From Camelus dromedarius (lineage: Eukaryota): 64,000 bases of DNA. The notes beneath the pieces are model-generated. The model ran no database searches and was not told the origin of the DNA. It saw only the letters and a program-made list of their open reading frames with translations. The first letter of the stretch is position 1. The number at the start of each line of letters is the position of its first letter. Shown in pieces: positions 50,741 to 64,000 of this stretch. The stretch covers positions 92,568,001 through 92,632,000 of the forward strand of contig NC_087472.1 of the NCBI RefSeq assembly GCF_036321535.1, written 5' to 3'. Made by a program: the position numbers and the translations under genes.

Positions 50741-51429
50741 TCTTGATGACTGTTTTATTCTCTTCTTCCTCAAACCTCCAAGACCTCCTTCCTCATTTTC
50801 AGTTGACAACATTGCTTCTCCTTTATCTGAGAAAACCAAAGCAATCAGTATAGAATTGCTCCCCAGCCTCCCAGCACCACATCTGCCCACATGCCTGCCC
50901 TGGTGTCATTACCATGGCTCACCAATGTGTGCTCCTATTACAGACCACGTCTCCTGTGCTTTAGATTCCCTCCCTTCTCGCCTACTCATGGACCTGGCTC
51001 CAGTGATTAGTCCTACTCTCTCCTGCATCACCAATTCCTTCCTCACTTCTAGATCATTCCCATGAGTGTTCTGTGCTATTATTCTCCCATCTGAAAAACA
51101 GCTTCTTTTGACCCCATCTCCCACCCACAGTTACTGACCCATTTCTTTGTTCCCTTTAAAAGTGAAACTTGTTGAAAAAAAAAATGCAGCCATTGCTAGT
51201 ACCTCCAGTTCTTCTCCTCAATTCTTTATTGACCCAAACATTTCTTTCAATTACACTTTCACTCCCACCACTCCCTGACACTGCTCTTGTCAAGGTCACT
51301 AAAGGCTACCAAGTTGTTAAATCTAATGATCAACTCTTAGGTCTCATCTTTTTTTTTTTGACAAATCAGCAGCATTGGATACAATTAATAGCTCCTTTCT
51401 CCCTGAAACAGTTTATTTGGTTTCTTGAA

Positions 51430-51657
51430 CAGGGATCTGCAAACTACAGCCTGTGGACCACATCAAGTCCAGTGCCCTTTTTGTAAATAAAGTTTTACTG
51501 GAACACGGCCATGCTCACCTTTTACTTATCTGATACCTATGGCTGCTTCCTGCTAAAAGAGCAGAGTTGTGTAGTTGCAAAAGAGATCTTGAGGCTGGTG
51601 AAGCCTAAAATATGTACTGTCTATTCCTTTTCAGAGGAATTTTGCCAGTGACCCCTT
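51430..51657. mobile_element. MER58A hAT-Charlie element nested in L2
   Basis: cagggatctgcaaactacagcctgtgg...gtaaataaagttttactggaacacggccatgctca...gcctaaaatatgtactgtct...gacccct. Confidence 0.88.
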
Positions 51658-53739
51658 CCCCCATACCTGTTCCTCACATAGTTTTTTCCATGTCAGTAAA
51701 TAACAACTCTATCTTCCCAAATGCTCAAGCCAAAAATTCTGGATTCTTCCTTTCACACCATACATAAAACCTCTCAGCAAATTCTAACTTCAAAATATAC
51801 TCACAATACAATCACTTTTCACCATCTCCACTGCTAGAGCCCTGAACCAAGCCATCATCATTTCTTGCCTAAACTATTTAATGGACTCATAACTGGTCGC
51901 CCTGTTCTTAGCCCTGTCCTTCTCCTCAACCTCTCCCCAACCTTACAACCACCTTCCCTCAGTATTCATTCCCTCAACACAGAAGCCAGGGTTATCCTTT
52001 GAAAATACTAAATTAGATGATATTATGCCATTTTCAGGGCCTTCCACTCCCTACTTTACTCATATTAACACTCTTTTAACCTACAGGAACTTACATGATT
52101 TTTCTAACCTATCTATTGCTCTCCCATCCTTCACTTTGCCCTAGTCACTCTGATCTCCTAGCTCTTCCTTGAACATGCCAGGCATGTTCATTCCTCATAG
52201 CCTTACCAAGGCTCTTACGCTCCTCCTTGAGACTTCCTCATGCCTAGATCCCTTATCTCCTTCCACTCTTTCTCAAATACGACCTGCTCAGTGAAGTCTT
52301 CCATGTCCATCCATATCCTGCCTTCCTGTTTTATCTTTCTCCAATACATTTAACACCATATGAGATATATTTTACATATTTATTTCATTTATTGCATGTC
52401 TCCTTATATTAAATAATGTTTATTGCTGAATCCTTGGTGACAAGAAGGCACTTAATAAGTGTTCATGAATATGTGTTGATTGAATAAACTCATGCAGCTG
52501 AAAGAAGACAATTAATTGGCAAGTTGCTCAATTTTTCTTGGACTTTCAACTTTCCTTCAGCACCCAAAGACATGCGTATCCTAATTCTTCTGGATCTCAC
52601 ATTTGAAGTAGGTTTTGTGCTAGGACTAAGGAATGCCAAAACGACTTAGATCAATGCCATTTAGTGTGGAAGAACAACTAAAATATTATGACATCCAGAG
52701 AGTGTTCAATCTAGAGAGCTCAAAAAAGGCTCCATGCAGAGGGCAACTTGTTTGCTGTCTTCAAAGATAACCTAGCATTTCCCAGAAATTCCTGGGTTGG
52801 CAGAAGGGCAGGGAAGAGTGCTGGCTGAGCAAATATCACAGGAATATAAGTAGAGAGAGGGAACAAGTATTAAATACAATATTTCCATACCACTGAGTCA
52901 TACTGTGAGTTTGGAAAGGAGAGCAAATGCTGGGCATGAAACTAAACAGATGAGTCCTGGCCAGATGACAAAAGACTTAAAAGACTTAAAAATTTAACCC
53001 ATGGGAGCATAATTTTCTTGAATGTAAATCAACTTGACATTTATGGTTAAATTTCTTTAAAAAACATACTTTGAGTCAGTAGACAAAAATTTTATGTTCC
53101 ATTTTACATGCCTGTAAAATGTATAGGTACAGTCCATGTGTGTTTATTTATCTACCTTTATATCTACACACTTAGACCAATACCTCCATCTATGTCTCCT
53201 TATACTCCTCTCCACATAAATATACTATATCTATATTGTATTTCATAAAGGATCTGATCATTCTCCAATTTTAAAATGGCCAACATTTAGGGAGGAGAGG
53301 CAGAAGGTGAGGAAGTGAATATATCTGCGTTTCAGGACTGGGCTTGCATTTACAAGCCAAATGGCACAGCTCAAGTCACTTAATCTCTTTGAGTATTAGT
53401 CTTGTTGTGTTTCCTTGTTACAAAACAAGGAAAATAACACCAGCCTTCACAAGAAGTGCTCCAAGGATGAAAGCAGTAGTTGACAAATTCTACTAAAATA
53501 TAAATACTAAAAATGATAGTAGTAGCTGTAATACAAAAGGAAACATTAATTCAGGATTTACATATATCAGGTTTTGATAGAGTTTTCTTTAGCTAAAACT
53601 CAAAGTAGAGCTCAGTTTTTGTAACTGTGTCAAAATTTCAAGAAAAGAGATATACATGAAAAGCATCACAATAATATGTTTCTTTTTCACTAATTAATTG
53701 ACAAATATTGAAAACTACCCTTAATAATTAAACAGCTAA

Positions 53740-53965
53740 AATTTAATGTTTATCAAATACCTATATACTATCCTATGCTTACATTCATCATCTCACTGAA
53801 TCACCAAAAAGTCACTTTGAGATAAATACTACCATTACTTACATTTTAAATATGTCAAAAAAGAAACTCACAGAATTTCAATAATTTAAAGGCATCACAC
53901 AGCAGGCCTGGGTAAAAGCCAAGAGTCACAGCCAGGACTGATTCTAGTAACAATATCTGTAACCA
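53740..53965. mobile_element. MIR (one of several further degenerate MIRs, e.g. at about 7.5, 9.9, 11.7, 41.7, 53.4, 55.2 and 58.35 kb)
   Basis: catcatctcactgaatcacc...tgagataaatactaccatt...gaaactcacaga. Confidence 0.6.
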
Positions 53966-56900
53966 GTATACCAATTTATTCTAAGTACATTCCCCTTTCT
54001 TCAGGCCCATACAAGGATTCAAGAAATTTGTGTTTGAGTGCAATTATATGGTTAACTCACTGATCATAGCATAACCATAAAACAAATATGAATTCTCTCC
54101 AGAGAAGTCTTCAAAATTGACGTTTTCTTTGTGCCCTGGGGCAGACCATAAACCAAAGGATGCACTATGAGTTTCTCAAAAGCAGAGAGAGTTCTTGGTT
54201 CATCTTAGCTAAACAATTTGCATATAACAGACACACAAAATATTTCTTGGATAAATAAACCAGAGGCTAGCTATAACTCAGATACATGAGTTTTAAAAAC
54301 AGTCATAACTGCTACAATCAGTATGCAGAAAGAAATCTGGGCTGATGGGCTCAGCAAAATTATAGAGAATTACTCAATTTGCAAGTTGGATATTTATTTT
54401 TTTTAATGGAATGAAAGAAAGAACTAGCATTAACAGTGCAGAATAGAAGAAAACTAATGAATAACTGTGAGTCCAGCTCTAAGATTGCTTACTTAATCAA
54501 TCAGAGAAAAGCTAGTCAAGCATATCTGGTCTACCCAAGACCAGAATTAAGGTATTCTTTGCAACCAAGCTGATGAGTTATGTTGGAAAAATTTTCCCAA
54601 AGAGTGGTGTGCATATTTTAATGTTATTGCCAAAATGCACTGAGTTGAGATGAACAGAGAATTCACTCATTCTTCAAGTATTTATAAGGAGGTACAATGG
54701 GATAGTCATTGTGTTGTGAGAGAGAAAGTAAGAAGAAAGTGCTCTATTCTTAAGAAGTAATGGTAACTGATGAATACATAAATGAATAACTATAATACAA
54801 TGGGATATGTACAGTGATATAATTATGAACCATGTGTTCTGGAAACATTGTAGCATTAAAGGACAAACTCAATAGGGTCAAAGAAACTTTAGAAAGGAAA
54901 AGACATATGAACAGAAACTTGATGGCTGAGTAGATGTTATCTAAATGAGAAATGACTGCAGACAAAGGGGAACACCAACGAAGGGTAGGCCATGACCAAT
55001 GAGAAAAAGTGTGACAGATTTAAATCATGATGGGTAGGTAGGTGTGAATATGTATAATAAGATGTACAAGAAAGTTAAAGCAGTAGGTGATTAATATATA
55101 AAGGTGGGATGGATCAAGTTTAAACAGAATTATATTATAATGGAAAATTTCTCTGCTCTGTGGATACAGGACATACTTTGAATTCTAGTTCTTGTCCTTA
55201 CACCTTATCTTAGAACTTGTAAAGATAGATGACCTCTGTGTGTATCAAATTCTTGTTCTGCCAAACAAAAGATAATAATATCCCTTTCAAAGGTTAGTTT
55301 GGGAGCTGTATGTAACTGTTACGTGACTAGTAATATAAGTTTCTTAATAAATGATGATAATAATTATTCAGTGCTTTAAATCCATGCTACAAATTTTGCA
55401 CTTTATTGGGTAAACAATGGAGAGTTCTGGATTATTTCTAAACAAGGAAGTAACCCTTTTAAGAAGATCTCCCTGACACAGTGTGAATGATCAACTGAGG
55501 AAAATGACAAAGAAGTCAATCAGCAGATTATTAGAAGAGCTCAGATTAAAATACAGGTGGCTTTGAAATAAGATGCCAGCACTAAGTACAGAAAGAAGGG
55601 GTTAGATAAGATACAATTTGATGGTAGAATTGACAGGATATGGTGACCAATTAGATGTGAGGTTAGAAAGTTAATCATAGTAATTATGATTTCTGGGGAA
55701 AAAACACCAACTTTGAACTACCACTATATATGTATATATGTGTGTGTGTATATATATAATGTATGATATACAAATATATATATTAGTTCTTTATTTTCTA
55801 TTTATGCCTATGTGGCTCCTGTAATTATAACCCACCCTCTTCTATCTTCAAATTCAGATAGGTTCAATTAATTTCTGTGCTAAAACTTGTAATTCTCCTT
55901 ATCTTCCTCTTCAAATAGACATACACCCTTTCACTTACATGTCACTGATCATTCTGCCAAACCCTAGGTAACATTTTCTTTGAAGCTTAAATGATTAAAG
56001 AATTCTTCCAAGACTAATGAGCTGAATATAAAAGAGATCTAGTATGGCTCAATAATTTGGTACTCTGCCCATGTATTAGTGAGAAAACACAGCCATGCAT
56101 TGACTACTGCTAATGATATCATGTTGCCTGAGCACATGCAGTCCTTGTCTTGTGCTTGTAGGTCATTGGGATTTATAGATTACCTGCTAGAGATTACAAA
56201 GGAGAACCCTGAATGGCAATGGCAGCACATTCCCTTTGACTCCAATGGATTGCTTCACTGAAAATTCTGAACCTGTTTCACCAAAAGCATTCATCCTTTT
56301 TTGTCCATGTATTTTAACACTAACGACAAAAATCACTCAGAAATTTCCAACTGCTTGGTATATTACGAAAACTTTATAAATAACTCAGAGGCGAGGATGG
56401 AGCAGGAGGACAACATCCTGGCTTCCCATGGTGGTTTTGCCTTGGTAGAACAATACAGCTCTGCAGCTGGCAGTTGCGAGTTACTGAGATGGTTGGGAAA
56501 CAGGCAATCCATCACTTTAGCCAAGAAAACAAGTTAAATCCAAGTCTCAAGGGATTTTTCAAAATCAGGGAAAACAGTGTGGCTTAACTATATTGAAAAT
56601 TCTGTACTTCTCATTCCTTTTTCTTTTTCATAGGACTGGATAGTCAAGGTAGTTGAATATGCATATCACATATAAATATTCTACATGTACTTTTTTAGAC
56701 TGGTGTTATGTGGCTGAAAACACAGTGGCTACAAGGAATGAAAGTGGTATATATAAATAATTTTGATAAAATATGGCAAGATAAGTCGGTTTTTTTAAAT
56801 GATAAATCTGTGAGAATATTATTTTAAGGGCTTGTAACTTCAATGTTACTGTTGTTTTTTATTTCACATCCATAAGCTTATACAAGCAAAATGGTATTTT

Positions 56901-58433
56901 AATTATTATGGTTACCAGACTTATTTAAAGATTCATGAAGGGGTTACAAACTTTGTAAAACAGAGAAGTTAACATTAGTTAGAATACCAGTAGACAAAAT
57001 CTGAACTTTTATCTGCTAGTATAACTGGCACGGTAACTGATAAACAGTAAACATGCACTGCTATTGAATGAATTAATGTTTGCTAAATACATGAACTAGC
57101 TGCTCTTGGTGTACCAATTTGTTTAGTTTCTAAATTCTTACAAAAGATTAAAATGTGCTTAGATAGTTTAGATTTTTATGTTAGGTGGAAAACACACAAG
57201 TTTTTAAAGATTCATGGAAATAAAATAAGCAAAAACTTTGTCTAGCCAAAGTTCCAAGTATACAGTGCTACACAGAAAATGTGAACTCCTGAATACCTGA
57301 GAATAAAATTTCTGTTTTATAAAGGAATTAACACTAGAGAGAAAAAACAGTTGATTCTATTGCTGAGACAGTCTAACAGCTATAATTTTTTCATCTGCCT
57401 CACCAAGGCCAGCAAAGATTATAAACATAACAAACATCATTATGAAATTAAAGTACATGAAATAGGTGGGATTAAGAAATCACCATGTGGCTACTGAAGT
57501 ATTATGTTTGAAATCTTCTAAAAACTGGACAAAAATGCCTACACCAAATAAAAGAGTTTCTATATAAGGGCAAGCTGTCTTGTAACAATACCTTGAAATT
57601 CAACATTTTGCCTGAATAACTCAATTTACATCTCCAAGTCTCATGAGATTGAGACTAGAAAGCATGTAACTTAAACAAGAAAATTCAGGAAGCTCAGCTA
57701 AGAAATAGCATAATTTAATGGTAGAGGAAAAGTTCTAGAATAAAAAAATTAATTTCAAACACACATTCTTTCTGTAGGTTTTGGTGAGTAACTGAAACCT
57801 AGGCTTGAAAATATTTTTAAATGAATAAATAAACCAATCTAAAAATACACCAGCTTCAAACCCAGCATGATCTAGTTTAAGGCAAGTTGGACACTATGTG
57901 TTTTAAACTTCCTCCTTACTCTATTATATATTCTCCATTAGTTGTCTGGCCATGTAGTATATGTGGCCTTGATATAAAAGCCAAAGTATGTTGGGTTGAT
58001 GGATAAATTGTTAGACAGACAGCTTTTATTATAGTAAAAATTCCATAGTTTGGTTAAAAATAGTTATTATTCTTTTTATTCAATAAGTCAATAAATGTAC
58101 ATACAATACCTAATCAGTTTAACAACTAATCCTCTGTAAAGACATATAGAAAGAAGAAAATAAAAACATGTATTTCCACCATTGTTATGCATTTGATAGT
58201 GCTTTTCCAAACTTCTTTCTTTTCCTTCTATTTAATGTCTAACCTTAATATGTTATATTATGGAAATACTGTCATTTAATAGCCATTTCCCTTGGTTATT
58301 ATAGAATCTTCTTAAAAATGTATTTCCTAATTTTATCCTCATAGTGGTTCTGTGAGGCAGACCTTATTATCCGCATCTTGCACTTAGGACAAAAAAGATT
58401 CAGGGACATAAATGTCAGAAAATGGCAGAATCA

Positions 58434-58884
58434 CATTTGCAGCAACATGAATGGACCTGGAGATTGTCATTCTAAGTGAAGCAAGAAAGAGAAAGAAAAA
58501 TACAATATGATATCACTCATATGTGGAATCTAAAAAAAAAAAAAAAAGGAAAGAAAAGAAAACAGAGGATACCAATGAACTCATCTACAAAAGAAACAGA
58601 CTTATAGACATATTAAACAGTTTTATGGTTACTGGGGGAAAGGGGGTGGGAAAGGATAAATTTGGGAGTTTGAGATTTGTAAACGTTAGCCACTGTATAT
58701 AAAAATAGATTTTAAAAATTTCTGTATAGCACAGGGAACTATATTCAATATCTTGTAATAACCTTTAATGAAAAAGAATATGAAAACAAATATATGTATA
58801 TATATACATGAATGGGACATTATGCTGTACACCAGAAATTGACACATTGTAACTGACTATACGTCAATAAAAAAATTTAAAAAG
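58434..58884 (+). mobile_element. Young L1 3' end with A-rich tail
   Basis: catttgcagcaacatgaatggacctggagattgtcattctaagtgaag...ggataaatttgggagtttgagatttg...gtaactgactatacgtcaataaaaaa. Confidence 0.92.
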
Positions 58885-59999
58885 AAGTTCCATACAATGA
58901 GTAAGAGACAGGAAGTAACTCAAGATGTGCATTTCTAAACTTCCATAAACTTGTTATACCTGATATCATTTTGTATTTCAACTCCCTGTATTAATAATAA
59001 ACTACACATCATTACCTAACTAATATTTCTATACAGTAATAATTAACTAATGACTTACGGAACTAATGACTCCTGACTAATGGTTGTCAGGATTCTAAGT
59101 ACAACCAAAATAATCTAAGGGACCAATAAAAAAAAAAAAAGGCCAATAGCTTGTAATTATATATCATATTTTATAAATGAAATCTTTGCCTAAAAGACAT
59201 TCAAAATTACATTTTAGATAACTCTTGTAAAGAAGAAATTCCCTTTTCTTTCTTCACAAGCAGAAAGCATGCCATCTGGCTTCAGTGCCCTCAGCAAAAC
59301 CTAACAAAAGAATGCGGGAAGCCACTTACAGTAACTAAAGACAGACACATCACAGGGACCAAAGGTGCCTGACATTCTCCCCCAGGTACATGATTTCTGT
59401 CTCCTTCATCAATATATTTTTCCTCTTTCAAAATTAAGATGTAAGTAATGATAGTTTTTGCTCCCCTTAGGAGTTATTTGAAATAACCTTTTAAGTGCAG
59501 GGTTGTTTTTTTTTTTTCACTTCAACAAAGATTTATTGAATAACTCTTGCTTGTTAGATTTCGTCTGTGCATGCCTGCGCGGTAGCATTCTCAATTATAC
59601 ATGTCAATATCTAGTCAGACAACTGGTGAGGTTCATCAGGGAGTTAAGACCCAGGCTGTGGAAAACAGGAATGGTTTGAACTAGGTGTCTGGAAGTCAGC
59701 TGCTCATAGCGAGTCTGAAAATAGATAAATTCCCCAAGTAGTGTGCCTAGGAAGACAAGAATTTGAAGACAGAGGCGTGGGAGATCTTTTTCTAAGATAT
59801 AAGACAATTTCTCATCTTTAAGGGATAAAAAAAAAACAATCTATCTATTGGAAGTAGAAAGTTTTCAAACACGGCTTATCTTTCTCACTGGCCAATGGGA
59901 TTAATTAAAGAGTTGTGACATAGTAAGTAGATATAAGGACAAAGAAGAAAAGGAGCCTCGTTATAAATCTAAATGCCAGATTTGATATTGAGCATCTGT

Positions 60000-60700
60000 G
60001 ACACTTAAAGAGTAATAAGAGACTTAAGAAATTAATTGTGCCCATCAATGCTGTCACACTGCAGAGTATGTTTTATGTCTTCAGTGATGGATGGGAGGAC
60101 CACGTCCAGTGGGATGAAGCCACCAATGGAAACCTTATCTTTGGTAGGGAATCCCCTTACAAATATTTTGAGTAGAAGTCAGATACTATTCAAATGTTCA
60201 GGGAACTGACCAAAAGAGATCATTGTCTGATAAATACTTTGGCCTAGTTTTTGACCCATCGGCAGTTGTGCTATATCAGAGCAACAATAAATTCACAAAC
60301 CAAAAGGTGGAATTTGCAACTAAAATAAAGCTGACAAAATCTGGATAGTTTGAGTTGGCCAGCTCTTGTGGAAAACCATTCAGAAAACTTTCATGATCAC
60401 TAGATTAAGCTATGATCACTAGATTATAATGACAAAACTTTTTGATGTGATGCCAAAACAGGTTATAGATCAAGCAAAAAAAAATCATACTGATTAACAG
60501 GAAATACCGCTAATCTCAGGGAAGAAAATACTGAGTGTTATCCTCAACTCAGCTGTAATAGTTCTAGCAAAAGTTTCATGTAGATGTTCACACTAAAATT
60601 TAGATGATGACACTAGAACTAAATACTCGATAGAACAGTCTTTTAATATTCAACATCTGTAATTACTATCAACATAACTCTGGAGTTGATTTAATTGATA
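60000..60700 (+). mobile_element. Possible CR1/L3 relic
   Basis: aatttgcaactaaaataaagctg...accattcagaaaac resembles the CR1 FADDTKL...IQ coding region but is very degenerate. Confidence 0.3.
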
Positions 60701-62319
60701 CATTGCTTCATGATATTTATAAAAAGACTGCCCCAAACTGACTTCAACATAATAGTATGTCATGTATACTTAAACCTACAAAGAGGGAGAGGAAGGGCTG
60801 ACATAGGATCACCATTTTGAAAGGCCACATAAGGAAGCCAAAGCATTGGCTATTAGAATGCATATGAATTGTCCAAGAAATAACAACGTTCTGCCTTCCA
60901 GCACCAAAGTTTGGCAGTCTCCCAGTCACCTCTTTTTCCAGCTGTAGATGGCATCAGACCACCTCAAGGTACTCTCTTTTCTAGAATTCTGGTTCTGTCA
61001 GCTAATTGGAAGACAAAGAAGAAACAAGAATAGCAAGAGTAGTAAACTTCTATTTACAAGTAATAATAAAGGACAACCATTTATGCTTCCAAAAACAAAG
61101 CATAATCATGTCTTTTTCCAGAAAGGTGGAGAAACAGAACTTTGCAAATGAAATGCTATGGATTTGGTTTGTTTTTAACACATATGATAAGTTTCTTTGG
61201 AAATCTAATTGTAAAAGAGCTGGTTTTGCTCTAAATTGGGACCTATGTGTATATATGTTTGAAAAGCAACAGAATTCATCTTAATTATCTTAATACTTAT
61301 TTAATATCTGTGTCATTATGTGGAAACACCACCCAGTCCATTCCAAAGAGTTACATGGGTTATGAAGGTCTTTTTAGTACATGCCTAATGGAGTGGCCCC
61401 AAAATAAAAGGCACAAAATAAACGTTTATGAAAAAAGCTTATTTTTATATCATTTATTATGAGGAAATTGTATTTCTCATAGTACTCTTCATGATAGATG
61501 GCTTTATTAAATAACTTCACGGTATAAAGGAAAATGAAATCTCACAAGGATACAACTGCTAAGAGCACACAGACTGCTTCATTATTCTTATTGTGTTAGC
61601 ACTCACATTCCTGATAGACAGATATTGCTACCCAGACCCATATGAAAGTTACACTAAAATCAATGTGAATCCTATAGGCAAAGAACTAGAGGATTTAAAT
61701 GAAATCAAGTGGAAGCCTCTCTGGTGTTATGCCAGTTCCTTGACTTGTGAAGTTTTGAAGCTGTCCTTAGAGACTATAAATAGATTCCTAAGGATTATCT
61801 TCCCTGTGAGGTAAAAGGCAGAACTGAAATTGAGGGGGGGATAACTTTGTTCAATTAGGTAAATTGCTTTATGTAAAAGGCATTTTTTTCCCCAAACCTT
61901 CAGAGTTCTTGCCTGGCTTCTGAGAAAGAAAAAAGCTCACTCTCCTTCCACAAGCTCAACTTGTTCTTAAATAAATGATCTAATTGGAACCTGACTGAAA
62001 TTCATATCTTGAAATGCAGTGTTGATTTCAGGGTATTAAATACAAAAAAAGAGATGTACTGATACATATATATTAATAGCTATCTCACTAAGTCAAGTTA
62101 AATTCTATTCAATAGGCTGTTTAAAAATAATTTTGAATTCTTTCTCAACTCGAATTATGAGGAATGAAAGTTTTCTAAACATGAATATTAAAGAAAGGGT
62201 TGTTTCCTACTTCTTTGCCTATTTATTAATCGACTTTGAACTCTGGGCTTATGTGAGAAAACGAGCCTGAGCTTTTTTTTAATTTAAGAAACAGAACTTT
62301 ACTATTATGATTGAGCTTT

Positions 62320-62538
62320 CTACTTTTTTATTGAAGTATAGTTGATTTACAACATTGTGTTAATTTCTGGTGTATAGCATAGTGATTCAGATATATATAT
62401 ACACTCCTTTTTATATTCTTTTTCATTATAGGTTATTAAAAGGTATTGAATATAGCTCCCTGCACTATACAGTAGGACTTTGTCATTTATTTTATATATA
62501 GTAGTCAGTATCTGCAAATCCCAAACTCCCAATTAATC
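62320..62538 (-). mobile_element. Artiodactyl-type L1 3' end (antisense) with degenerate TSD
   Basis: ttttattgaagtatagttgatttacaacattgtg...ctgcaaatcccaaactccc. Flanks are ATGATTGAGCTTT (62307-62319) and ATGGCTGAGTTTT (62539-62551). Confidence 0.88.
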
Positions 62539-62879
62539 ATGGCTGAGTTTTAATGACTTGCTTTTTTTTTTTTAACATTCTCTTATAATTCTACACAAGT
62601 GAATGGTGTACAGAGCCAAGAATAAGACAAACAAGCTGTCTTGTGAGCAGTATTAAGCTAAGGTGTACATTCTAGGAATAGTAAAAAGGAATATACACAC
62701 ACACTGTAAACTACTGCAAAACCACAGAATGGGACCCTCATCCCAAACCTGAGAGAAAAACCAAAGTTACGAAAGTTATTTCAAAACTACTTGGTTACCT
62801 TAATAGGATGTGGGAGAAAACCTGGCCGCATAAGAAGGGAACTTTTTGAGATGCTAAAATGAGACAAAAAATCATAAAG

Positions 62880-63480
62880 AAAAATAAAATCAAAAAATTA
62901 AAACCAAAATGGAAGAAAGAAAGATCAAACGAGCAAATTTGTACCACATAAATTACTACAATCTCTCAGGCAAGTAACATGGTAACATCTAGAAATAACA
63001 GGCACATACCCTTTGCCCAAGGAAGTTGGCTACTAGAAATTTATCCCATAGCTATATTCCCATGAATATGCAAAAATGTGTGTAAATGTAAGTGCAATAT
63101 ACCATACTACATAATAACAAAATTTATACACAGCCAACCATTCAATGAATAGTTAATATAGCTATTATGTGGGAAATATATCCATTGTATATATAGAGCA
63201 CATAAAGAAAAATAAGGAAATCTATATGTGCAGAGATAAATCTATATTTTTAGTGAAAAAGAAGCAAGTTTCAGAACAGAATGTTGTGCCAATAAATAAG
63301 GACATATGTCCACGTATGCTTACATAATTTATTGAAGAATAGAGTCTCAACTGCTTACTCCTGGGAAGAAAAATGGTGGCAACAGATGTGGGTGGAAATT
63401 AAGGATGGCTTTTTTTTTAACCATTCTATACTGATGAATTTTTTTAACCAACTAGCATTTATTTATAAAATTTAAAATAG
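62880..63480 (+). mobile_element. L1ME relic
   Basis: ctactagaaatttatcccatag...ttagtgaaaaagaagcaagtttcagaacag. Confidence 0.6.
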
Positions 63481-63899
63481 TATTAAAATATGGTCAAAGT
63501 TTCCTTTAAATGATGCTAGATTTAAATATACACTCATAAAAAGTTTTCCTAGATTTATTATGTCACAATAAAAAGACATAAAAATGTATATTGAGTATAG
63601 TTACATAAAATACATATGTATACATATATGTGAACAAATACACAGAGCAAACTTCACAGAACTCTACATACCAAAAGCTATGAAATGAACAGGACTGTGC
63701 CAGAAGGTGGGGTAGGGTGGGTGGAATAAGGTGAAGTGAGGTGTGACCTTTGTGTTTTAGTCTGCTACAGTATTCTGAAATTTTCATTCATAGGGGACAT
63801 GAATTCCTGCATTATTTTTGCAATTTCGTAAAATAAAATTTAAAACCACACTGGTCTGTAGGAATGATTTAAGCTTCTAAAAGCAAAGAGGAGAAAAAC

Positions 63900-64000
63900 T
63901 GTCAAGAAATAAGAGAGATGCAACAATATGAATATGCATAATAGAACTACTGTACATTTAAAATGGTTAAGATGGTAAATTTTATATTATGTGTATTTTT
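63900..64000 (+). mobile_element. L1 3' tip running off the window end
   Basis: tgtacatttaaaatggttaagatggtaaattttatattatgtgtattttt. Confidence 0.75.

Larger units (their letters stand above)
49960..52490 (+). mobile_element. Long L2 (LINE2) with RT-domain remnants, interrupted by MER5 and MER58A
   Basis: Translated remnants CALDSLPSRLLMDLAPVISPTLSCITNSFLTSRSFP and DTALVKVTKGYQVVKSNDQLLGLIF match L2 ORF2/RT motifs. The 3' end is aatatgtgttgattgaat. Confidence 0.9.

Noticed and set aside
56079..56537. Two + strand ORFs in a unique block
   Set aside because: They have non-ATG starts and no recognisable homology. The block may be regulatory, but I have no specific evidence.
59330..59334. 5-nt minus-strand microexon (TCTTTAG|TTACT|GTAAGT)
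   Set aside because: It is not frame-preserving and has no supporting context. It cannot be distinguished from chance.
60700..60800. Strong minus-strand acceptor CTTCCTCTCCCTCTTTGTAG|G at 60775
   Set aside because: All three frames hit stops shortly afterwards and no good donor follows.

Overview
This is an AT-rich placental-mammal genomic window with no protein-coding exon, tRNA, rRNA, snoRNA or CRISPR array that I can support. The ORF track consists of transposon relics and chance ORFs. Much of the window is interspersed repeat: a near full-length Tigger1 DNA transposon (44.7-47.1 kb, -), a long L2 with readable reverse-transcriptase motifs (50.0-52.5 kb), old and young L1 fragments (one with a 5' inversion and target-site duplication, TSD), MIRs, MER5/MER58/MER3/MER91-type hAT elements, an MLT1 LTR and microsatellites. 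Artiodactyl-type young L1 3' ends with no lineage-specific SINEs suggest a camelid genome (inference). Apparent A>T skew on + and mostly +-oriented L1s suggest an intron of a large gene on the - strand (inference; host gene not identified). The most notable non-routine signals are a ~156 bp palindrome with a near-perfect 30 bp outer stem next to a strong - strand splice acceptor (38.9-39.2 kb), a modular palindromic element (10.4-10.65 kb), a CpG-retaining patch with an adjacent G-quadruplex motif (27.6-28.5 kb) and several repeat-free, motif-dense enhancer-like blocks. I found no convincing new multi-gene system. Repeat subfamily names come from recalled consensus sequences, not a database search, and repeat boundaries are approximate.
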